NCBI RefSeq assembly: GCF_000007225.1
Contig: NC_003364.1
Span: forward strand, 870,001 to 902,000
Length of the DNA: 32,000 nucleotides
DNA from: Pyrobaculum aerophilum str. IM2
Lineage (GTDB): Archaea; Thermoproteota; Thermoprotei; Thermoproteales; Thermoproteaceae
Direction of reading: 5' to 3'
Made by a program: the position numbers and the translations under genes. Shown here piece after piece: positions 1 through 6,499 of this stretch. A model generated the notes under the pieces. The model was given only the letters and a program-made list of their open reading frames with translations, made no database searches and was not told the origin of the DNA. How positions within the stretch are numbered: position 1 is the stretch's first letter; each line of letters opens with the position of its first letter.

Positions 1-267
1 GCCGTTGGAGGCGCGTACGGGCTGTTGGTGAACTTCCTCAGAGAACAGCTCACATTTACCCTAGCCCCCGTGCTGGCCATGCGCTTTGGGAAAGCGGGTA
101 TTTTAGCCATGGGGGGAGCCACCACTATGGACACCACCCTCCCGCTGTACACCGCTCTGTACGGCTCCGCCTTTTCGCTCTATGCCTTTACAAACGGAGT
201 ATTATTAACTCTAATAGTGCCGATACTTCTCCCATTAGTTCATCAATTATATACTTCAATTATATAA
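1..267 (+). CDS. C-terminal part of a hydrophobic (membrane) protein; 5' end lies outside the window
   Basis: Frame 1 is open from base 1 to the TAA at 265-267. The translated tail is dominated by L/A/G/T/V stretches (..LTLIVPILLPLV..). Confidence 0.4.
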   Translation, partial: AVGGAYGLLVNFLREQLTFTLAPVLAMRFGKAGILAMGGATTMDTTLPLYTALYGSAFSLYAFTNGVLLTLIVPILLPLVHQLYTSII

Positions 268-313
268 AGAGAGGTACAACGGCAAGGAGTTAAATATAGA
301 CAGATTTCTGCCA

Positions 314-472
314 ATGGTACGAGTGCGGGACGTCTTGGGCATCTCCGCCGCCGCGTTAATTCGCTATGGGGTTAACCCTGATGACGACGTGGCACGCGCC
401 ATTGATATACTTGAGTTAAAGGCGCCCCATTTGGCAAAGCTGTTGAGGTCTATTGCTAACGGTGCAGCGTAA
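314..472 (+). CDS. Small hypothetical protein, 52 aa (MVRVRDVLGISAAALIRYGVNPDDDVARAIDILELKAPHLAKLLRSIANGAA)
   Basis: ATG at 314, TAA at 470-472. A/T boxes lie at 257-271 and 289-299 just upstream. Composition is helical and non-repetitive. It is below the 60-aa cut-off of the ORF track. Confidence 0.35.
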   Translation: MVRVRDVLGISAAALIRYGVNPDDDVARAIDILELKAPHLAKLLRSIANGAA

Positions 473-481
473 TGCCTCCGC

Positions 482-1051
482 CTACTGCGCCTGCCGCCAC
501 CTGGGGGTAAAGCTGTGTTTCACGCCGAGGGCGTCTAGGACTCTGCCTGCGAACGTCGTTACCAGCTCCTCAAGCGTCTTTGGCCTTGTGTAAAACCCCG
601 GGGCTGCTGGCATGACAATGGCCCCGGCCATAGTGGCCAGTTCCATATTTCTAATGTGCACCAGGGAGAGGGGGCTTTCCCTGATTACTAACACCACGCG
701 CCTCCTTTCCTTAAGCCCAACCTCGGCGGCTCTCGTGATGAGATTTAGCGTGATGCCGTTAGCTATCGCCGCGAGGGTCTTTGTGGAACACGGCACAATA
801 GCCACCGCGTCTATTGGATAACTGCCGGAAGCCGGGGGGGCCGTCATGTCGTGCTCATCCCAGACGTAATCTGCAAGCGACTTCACCTCCTCCACGTCGT
901 AATCGGTCTCCAGGCGCATGACTCTTTCCGCCGTTTTAGAAATCGACAAGTGGACCTCGACCCCCGCCTTTTTCAACAACTCCAGCACTTTAACGCCGTA
1001 AATCACCCCCGAGGCCCCAGTTATGCCGAGGAAGACTCTAGATATATACAT
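482..1051 (-). CDS. ubiX: UbiX/Pad1-type flavin prenyltransferase
   Basis: N-terminal ITGASGVIYG flavin-binding motif and a PCSTKTLAAIANG-type segment, about 190 aa. I place the start at the ATG at 1051 (MYISRVFLGITGASG) rather than the TTG at 1066. It overlaps the upstream gene's stop by 14 nt. Confidence 0.85.
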   Translation of the reverse strand: MYISRVFLGITGASGVIYGVKVLELLKKAGVEVHLSISKTAERVMRLETDYDVEEVKSLADYVWDEHDMTAPPASGSYPIDAVAIVPCSTKTLAAIANGITLNLITRAAEVGLKERRRVVLVIRESPLSLVHIRNMELATMAGAIVMPAAPGFYTRPKTLEELVTTFAGRVLDALGVKHSFTPRWRQAQ

Positions 1052-1748
1052 ACACCTCGTTGTCAATCACAACGCCGTCGTCTGTTTCCCTGCCGCCGTG
1101 GAGCAGATATATCTCCTTCTTCGCCACTTTCACCTCGCGCCTCTGTACAGGCGGGAGAGACGCCGCGCTCTTTAAAATATCCGCCACTTGGTGGGTAAGG
1201 ACGTGGAAATCCCTCGGGGGTATTCTAAACACAAGGCCGTGGCTGTATTTAAGCGTAAAGGCTCCTTCTGGGGTGTGGGGCGACGGCGTTATCCTCCTGA
1301 CGGTTAATACCTGAGCCGCCGCCTCGGTGGTGGCTGCGATTTCAAACTCCTTTCCCCCCAGGAACACCGCCACTACTCTGGGCCTCGCCTTGTGGTAAAA
1401 CGCCGTGATCTCCCTCGCCTCCGCAGTCCTCAGCGTAAGGAAGTCAAAGTATGGATCTGCACCGTCTAAGCTTACTACGGCGCCATTAAAAGCCCTTTCG
1501 TTCACCACGGGCGCGGCCGCTGTAGGGGGCAGATCCACTACGCCTTTTTTCCACTGGTATATCAAAAGGGCCAAGAAGTTGACCGCAGGCCAGTCGTCTG
1601 GGCGGAATCCAGAGAGGGACAGAACTGCCTCACTGCCGCTGCCGAATATCAGCGGCCCGCCCCCCAATAGAGAGGACAGCAGAGCCCGCACGTAACTCAC
1701 GCATGTGGTATTTGACGTCAGCGCCTTGTAGGGGTGGAGGAAATACAT
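1038..1748 (-). CDS. Hypothetical protein, 236 aa; probably co-transcribed with ubiX
   Basis: Long ORF with ATG at 1748. TATA-like GATTTTTATAAC (complement of 1769-1780) lies about 25 nt upstream. I recognised no motif. Confidence 0.6.
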   Translation of the reverse strand: MYFLHPYKALTSNTTCVSYVRALLSSLLGGGPLIFGSGSEAVLSLSGFRPDDWPAVNFLALLIYQWKKGVVDLPPTAAAPVVNERAFNGAVVSLDGADPYFDFLTLRTAEAREITAFYHKARPRVVAVFLGGKEFEIAATTEAAAQVLTVRRITPSPHTPEGAFTLKYSHGLVFRIPPRDFHVLTHQVADILKSAASLPPVQRREVKVAKKEIYLLHGGRETDDGVVIDNEVYVYI

Positions 1749-1815
1749 AAGGAGAGAGTATTAACCCGTTATAAAAATCTGCGTGAAGTATATAATAACA
1801 AGTCGCAATATCCAC

Positions 1816-2031
1816 ATGCCCAGGAAGAAGAACAAAGTGCCGCTGGAGAGAGTCTCTTTGAGATTTCCCTCCGAGTTGCTAGTGAGAATGGACCGCCTTA
1901 TAGAAAGGGGTCTGTTCAAAAGCAGAAGTCACTTGGTTAAAGAGGCCTTGAAGGAGCTGTTAAAAGATCCCAAATACCAAGAGGCCTTAAGAGAGGAGGA
2001 AGACGACTTCCCAACTCTACGCGGGCGTTAG
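1816..2031 (+). CDS. CopG/ribbon-helix-helix transcriptional regulator
   Basis: The segment VSLRFPSELLVRMDRLIERGLFKSRSHLVKEALKELL fits the RHH strand-helix-helix pattern. ATG at 1816 with TATATAATAA at 1789-1798. The GTG at 1783 in the track is probably too far upstream. Confidence 0.75.
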   Translation: MPRKKNKVPLERVSLRFPSELLVRMDRLIERGLFKSRSHLVKEALKELLKDPKYQEALREEEDDFPTLRGR

Positions 2032-2060
2032 GTAAATAAGCCGGTGCGGAGAATTTTCCA

Positions 2061-2110
2061 TTGATGAGGGCAGGTGTGTGGCGATAAATGAGCGGTGGTG
2101 ACAAGGCTGA
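2061..2110 (+). ncRNA. Weak candidate C/D box sRNA, possibly in tandem with the next one
   Basis: TTGATGA (2061-2067), then 12-13 nt, GGCG/GCGA, TAA, ATGAGCG (2088-2094), 12 nt, CTGA (2107-2110). The C and D boxes are acceptable; C' and D' are poor. Confidence 0.25.
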
Positions 2111-2167
2111 ACTTTGTCGACACACAGATTGCCTCTAGGTTTTTATAAAAAGGGGGAAGTGTCTAAT

Positions 2168-2216
2168 GTGACGAGAACTAACCCGGCGGATTTGTGACGA
2201 GGGGGTCAGGGACTGA
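2168..2216 (+). ncRNA. C/D box sRNA candidate (2'-O-methylation guide)
   Basis: GTGACGA / GAACTAACCCGG / CGGA / TTT / GTGACGA / GGGGGTCAGGGA / CTGA gives exact 7-12-4-3-7-12-4 spacing. TTTT follows, and TTTTTATAAAAA (2140-2152) precedes. Confidence 0.6.
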
Positions 2217-2241
2217 TTTTAAAAACGTTGTCTAAAGAGAC

Positions 2242-3063
2242 GTGGCTCTCAAACGTCGTGTTAGCGGCGTCATCCCGGAGGAGCTGGTGGAAAAAGTGCC
2301 TTCGTCTTTTGAAATTATTGGGTCTAGGGGAGGCGCCGTGGCCATCGTGGAGATACCGCCTGAGCTGGAGGAGTACAAGCTGGCGATAGCAAAGGCCATT
2401 ATGGAGATGAATAAACACGTACGCGCCGTTTTGCGAAAAGTGGGCGGCCGCTCTGGCGAATACAGGCTGTACAACTATGAAGTCTTGGTGGAGGGGCCGA
2501 CTGAAGTTATACACAAAGAGCACGGGTACTATATCAAGGTAGACCCGACAAAGGTTTTTTTCTCGTCGAGAGATCAGACGGATAGGCTGGACGTGGCGAA
2601 GAGGGTGGCCGAGGGGGAGCGGGTTTTATACCTTTTCGCAGGCGTTGGCCCTTACGCCATTGCCATTGCCAAATTTGCCAAGCCTAAGTTCATATTTGCA
2701 GTTGAGCTGAATCCCTGGGGCTTTAAGTACATGGTAGAGAACTTCAAGCTTAACAAAGTGAAAAACGCCGTGGCTATTCACGGCGATGTTAAAATAGTCG
2801 CCCCGCTTTTAAAACGGAAATTTGACAGAGTTTTGCTCACGCTCCCCCTCGGCGCATATCAATACCTCCCCGCCGCGCTGGAGTGTTTAGAGCGCGGCGG
2901 AGTTGTGCACTTCTACCACTTGGGCCGGGAGGAGGACCCGTTTAAAGAGGCTGAGGATGTGGCCATGCGGGCGTGTCCCGACTGTAAAATCCTCGCCAAG
3001 AGAATTGTTAGGGATTACGCCCCAGGGGTGTATAAAGTTCGGCTTGATTTGTGCAAGCCTTAG
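2242..3063 (+). CDS. trm5: Trm5/Taw22-type (Met-10+ like) SAM-dependent tRNA methyltransferase
   Basis: FEIIG..AIVEIP N-terminal pattern, a KVFFSSR segment, and the class-I SAM motif VLYLFAGVGPYAIAIAK. The size (273 aa) is typical. Confidence 0.8.
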   Translation: MALKRRVSGVIPEELVEKVPSSFEIIGSRGGAVAIVEIPPELEEYKLAIAKAIMEMNKHVRAVLRKVGGRSGEYRLYNYEVLVEGPTEVIHKEHGYYIKVDPTKVFFSSRDQTDRLDVAKRVAEGERVLYLFAGVGPYAIAIAKFAKPKFIFAVELNPWGFKYMVENFKLNKVKNAVAIHGDVKIVAPLLKRKFDRVLLTLPLGAYQYLPAALECLERGGVVHFYHLGREEDPFKEAEDVAMRACPDCKILAKRIVRDYAPGVYKVRLDLCKP

Positions 3064-3527
3064 AAAAACCGCGGCGTGCCTCCCTCCTCTCCGCCGCGTC
3101 TTCGGGCAGGGGCTTGAGGCCTCTGCTGAATGTAGAGCATCAAGACGCTGGGCACTTTGCCCTCTCTGGCGAATTTCGACAGCAGTTCTTTATACTCGCT
3201 TGTGTGGGCGATGTCCACTTGGATGAACTTTATCGCCACCTCTCTGAGCATTGACTCCAGCCTTCTTAACATCTCCTCCGGCATTACGGAAGTCACCACT
3301 GGGTTGTTGAGCCAGGACTCGAAGTCTTTTAAAACTCTCGCTATATATCCCAGCATTGCTTGTGCTGAGTATAATAGCTCTAGCCTGTCGGCGACTTTCA
3401 TGTGCTCTCCGTGAGATTCCAGTTCTTTGACTTGCCTTTCCTGCTCCTTAACCCACTGTTCAAGCCGCTCCATCATAGACTCAAGGTATTCTAGAACGGC
3501 CTCCGTAGTGGGGGTTTCACGACTCAT
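3060..3527 (-). CDS. Hypothetical helical protein, 155 aa
   Basis: ATG at 3527 with GGTTTATATACAG (complement of about 3545-3558) roughly 25 nt upstream. Composition is coiled-coil-like. The 3' end overlaps the trm5 stop by 4 nt. Confidence 0.6.
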   Translation of the reverse strand: MSRETPTTEAVLEYLESMMERLEQWVKEQERQVKELESHGEHMKVADRLELLYSAQAMLGYIARVLKDFESWLNNPVVTSVMPEEMLRRLESMLREVAIKFIQVDIAHTSEYKELLSKFAREGKVPSVLMLYIQQRPQAPARRRGGEEGGTPRFF

Positions 3528-3606
3528 AGATCCACCTCGGTATCTGTATATAAACCTTATTCCAACGCCGTCTGTCGCCGGCCTAAGGCCTCAACACGGC
3601 GCGGGC

Positions 3607-4215
3607 CTACGGGACTTCTATATTGGCGTGGCGCTTGGCCAGCTCAGCCTCGTTTTTGCCAAGCCTTTTCATTAACTCGGCAATTACGGCGTCAAGGGCC
3701 ACCATTGCGGTGTCCTCAAACAGCGTGCCTAGAGGCGAAAGCGGCTCGTGCACTCCGAGAATCTGCCGGGCAAAGTAGTCGTCCATGGCCGCCACCTTAG
3801 TCCTGCCGGGTATGTACACTACGAGATCAGCCACGCGCCCAAGCGGCGAATCGTAATATGACGTAATGGCGGCGACTCTTGCCTTCATTTTCTTAGCCGC
3901 CTCGGCCGCGGCTACTACTATTTGCGTCGTGCCGCTGCCGGAGATCGCCACCACGAGATCGCCCTCCTCTACAGAGGGCGTTATGGTCTCCCCCAAGACG
4001 TAAGATCTAGCCCCCAGGTGCCTCAGCCTCATTGCGAAGGCCCTTCCCACTAGGCCGCTTCTGCCCACTCCCACTACAAGTATTTTCTTGTTTAAGTGAT
4101 AGATTTCTTCTATTGTTTTTACAAATGCCTCAATTTCCTCCATTTTTAATTTATCAAGTGAGTTCAGTATAAAATTAGCAATTTCAAGATACGCTTGTTT
4201 AAAGTATATAAGCAC
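3607..4215 (-). CDS. hxlB: SIS-domain sugar-phosphate isomerase, 6-phospho-3-hexuloisomerase-like
   Basis: VGVGRSGLVGRAFAMRLRHLG and ISGSGTT motifs, about 200 aa. GTG start at 4215 with ATTTATAAATTGA upstream. Confidence 0.7.
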   Translation of the reverse strand: MLIYFKQAYLEIANFILNSLDKLKMEEIEAFVKTIEEIYHLNKKILVVGVGRSGLVGRAFAMRLRHLGARSYVLGETITPSVEEGDLVVAISGSGTTQIVVAAAEAAKKMKARVAAITSYYDSPLGRVADLVVYIPGRTKVAAMDDYFARQILGVHEPLSPLGTLFEDTAMVALDAVIAELMKRLGKNEAELAKRHANIEVP

Positions 4216-4243
4216 GGTATTTGAAAAAAGTCAATTTATAAAT

Positions 4244-4621
4244 TTATTCACCATACATCGATCTGTCTCCGAAAAACACCTCAACTCTCTTAGGCCTCAG
4301 TTGAGACACTATGTAGTCAAAGGCAGCTTTTGGGTCTGTGTGATCGCCACACGTATATACGTCTACGGTGGCAAAGCCGTGTTCGGGCCAGGTGTGGATA
4401 GATATGTGGCTCTCCGCAACAACGGCGAAAACCGTCAGCCCGCCGCCAGGGCCAAATCTATACGACCCTATGGACAGCAACATGGCGTTCGCCACCTTCA
4501 CAGCCTCCTTTACGATTGTTATGAGAGCCGCCTCGTCTCTCAACACCCGTGAGTCACAGCCGTATAGGTTGCCATAGACGTGTCTCCCAACTACCACCCT
4601 GCCCCCCACGCCCCCCGCCAT
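4244..4621 (-). CDS. Pyruvoyl-dependent AdoMetDC-family decarboxylase (SAM decarboxylase, or the crenarchaeal arginine decarboxylase paralogue)
   Basis: Self-processing motif ESHISIHTWPE, size about 125 aa. TATA-like TTAAATTTTTAAATTG lies about 25 nt upstream of the ATG at 4621. Confidence 0.8.
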   Translation of the reverse strand: MAGGVGGRVVVGRHVYGNLYGCDSRVLRDEAALITIVKEAVKVANAMLLSIGSYRFGPGGGLTVFAVVAESHISIHTWPEHGFATVDVYTCGDHTDPKAAFDYIVSQLRPKRVEVFFGDRSMYGE

Positions 4622-4867
4622 AAGATCCCCATTTTTCGCAATTTAAAAATTTAACCCCCAAAAAACCTTATACTACTCGTTAGTACCCGCATAAACCCTA
4701 CTTTTAAAACTAATACCAAGCCATGAAAAAAGTTAAAGAGAAGACGCGGAAGACCCTTGAAAAATTTAACACAACGCGTAGCCCTCTTGAAACTGAAATA
4801 TAAAAACATTACCCCCAAGATGCTCGCGACAAAAAGAGAAAAAAGGGGAAATGGCGGAAAAAGATGT

Positions 4868-4966
4868 TTACCACTCCTCTTCCTCCTCCCACTCCTCTTC
4901 AAACTCCTCCCAAAGCTCCTCCTCCTCTTCCCATTCCTCCTCTTCTCGATAGAACCATATCGGCAT
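4868..4966 (-). CDS. Mini-ORF, 32 aa, hyper-acidic and Trp-periodic: MPIWFYREEEEWEEEEELWEEFEEEWEEEEEW
   Basis: ATG at 4966-4964, TAA at 4870-4868. The TTTATAAA core (4987-4994) is centred about 26 nt upstream of the ATG, which is leaderless geometry. The sequence is low complexity, so the coding call is tentative. Confidence 0.35.
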   Translation of the reverse strand: MPIWFYREEEEWEEEEELWEEFEEEWEEEEEW

Positions 4967-5685
4967 AGACCCCCCGAAAGTTGCTATTTATAAACATTGA
5001 GCCCTTATGCGCCAAATCCGATTCGAGGGGGCATCTAGCCGTAAATGCGGCTTGTCAAAGGCCGCGGCCCTATCCTCACTGCAAACCGCGCCAAATCTAG
5101 CAACGGCTTACCGTCGCAAGGCGTATCCAGACTAGTACTGCGACGCCCCGCTCCGCTTCGCACCGGTTTCAAAAAACGCATTATTGCGGAAGACCGCTTT
5201 TACATATTTCCTACGGATAGTACATGTGGGAGTACATAACAAAAAGAGACGCCTCTCGCATCGCCCTGCCGGTAGCTTTGCGCACGAGACGCGACATCAT
5301 CTAGCCCCTCAGGGCGCCGTTTAAGGTCGGCGAATAGGCCCGGCCACGTCTTTAACCCCCCGGATAACTCAACGTTTAGCCGGTGAAAATTCTCAGTACG
5401 GAAGTGAGAAGGCTAGAGGCAAGGCGGGTGGAGTCAACAAGCCAGCGGGAGGTCGAATAATATCGCGATGTGGCAGAGCAACAGTGTGAGAGGAGTCAAT
5501 GATGCCCAAGAGCTTGAGAGCGGCAACACTTCACAAGCGCTATAAAGGGAGCCGAAGGGCGGGAAGTTGTATCGCAGGAGTAAAGGCAATAGAGGCGGTG
5601 AGACAAGGCGGGCGCCTCGCCGCCGGCGCGAGAGGGAGGGGCGCTTGATAGTCGGGCCGCCAGGCGGCGCAAAATACTTAACAAT

Positions 5686-6267
5686 TTGGCCGCCGCAGAC
5701 CCAGTGGTCAGGAGGGCATATGTGCAGGGTTTAATACAAAGGAGAGTGAAATACCGCTTCGATTTGCCCCAGCCAATGTCAATTAAGCAGTGGCTCCAGA
5801 ATAACTTCGAGGAGTTAAAGAGGCTGCTGGAAAGCGATTGGAACGCCGAGTTCTGCCCAGCGTCTCCCCCGCCTGACTTAGGGAGCTTGTTAATTAACTG
5901 GCGGGGAGGCCACCTCGTTGCTGATGTCTCTATTTGCGCCCCGATTTCGCGGCCGTGGTCGCCGCCCATATCCTTAGAAATCCCAGTAAAGAGAATTGAC
6001 ATATGCGTAGAGCCGGTGGCCCCAGTAACAGAGGCTGTAGAATACGTAAAAATATATACGCCCGGCGTAAAGTTATTTGGAAGAGTCACTTTGCGCAAGG
6101 ACTACGCCGTGGTGAAGCACAAAGGCTTGTTCTTCGCCGTAGATATGAAATATAAGGCGGATCCGCGTGGCGGCATTGTTCTGCAAGTCCCACGATATAA
6201 ATGTGCCAGCTACGAGGCCGGCGCCGCCATGAGAAGGCTAAAAAATCTGCTTGAGATAAGGCGTTGA
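5686..6267 (+). CDS. Hypothetical protein; start uncertain (TTG 5686, GTG 5704 or ATG 5776)
   Basis: The translation looks protein-like, unlike the overlapping minus-strand ORF. Its stop overlaps the next gene's start (ATGA at 6264-6267), suggesting an operon. Confidence 0.5.
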   Translation: MAAADPVVRRAYVQGLIQRRVKYRFDLPQPMSIKQWLQNNFEELKRLLESDWNAEFCPASPPPDLGSLLINWRGGHLVADVSICAPISRPWSPPISLEIPVKRIDICVEPVAPVTEAVEYVKIYTPGVKLFGRVTLRKDYAVVKHKGLFFAVDMKYKADPRGGIVLQVPRYKCASYEAGAAMRRLKNLLEIRR

Positions 6268-6452
6268 TGAAATACATTGCAGTTGTCTGCACCCGTTGCG
6301 GCAGAGCCAGCGCGGCTAGGGCGGACTCAAAAAAGCACTTGTGTCCTTACTGCGGCGCAGTGGTGGAAATAGACAAGGCCACAATTCTGGCCGTGGGCAA
6401 CGCCAAGGCTGTTAGAGAGGCGGTAGTTAGACATAATATGGAGGCGGGATAA
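6264..6452 (+). CDS. Small zinc-ribbon protein (CxxC...CxxC, DUF1922-like)
   Basis: The pairs CTRCG...CPYCG are followed by a short helical tail, 62 aa. It is translationally coupled to the upstream ORF. Confidence 0.7.
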   Translation: MMKYIAVVCTRCGRASAARADSKKHLCPYCGAVVEIDKATILAVGNAKAVREAVVRHNMEAG

Positions 6453-6499
6453 GGCAGAAGTAGAAGAATACTATATAACTCACAAACAGAAGTAGGCCG

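Noticed and set aside
4651-4993. Track ORFs 4651-4902 (-) and 4757-4993 (+)
   Set aside because: They are low-complexity read-throughs of an A/T-rich spacer and the polypurine/polypyrimidine tract. They translate as L/F/P/K runs and have no sensible start context. The short acidic minus-strand ORF with a positioned TATA explains the tract better.
5496-6098. 200-aa minus-strand ORF
   Set aside because: Its composition is Ser/Gly/Ala/Leu-rich and unstructured-looking. It overlaps the more protein-like plus-strand ORF 5686-6267, which is coupled to the zinc-ribbon gene, so it is probably a shadow ORF.
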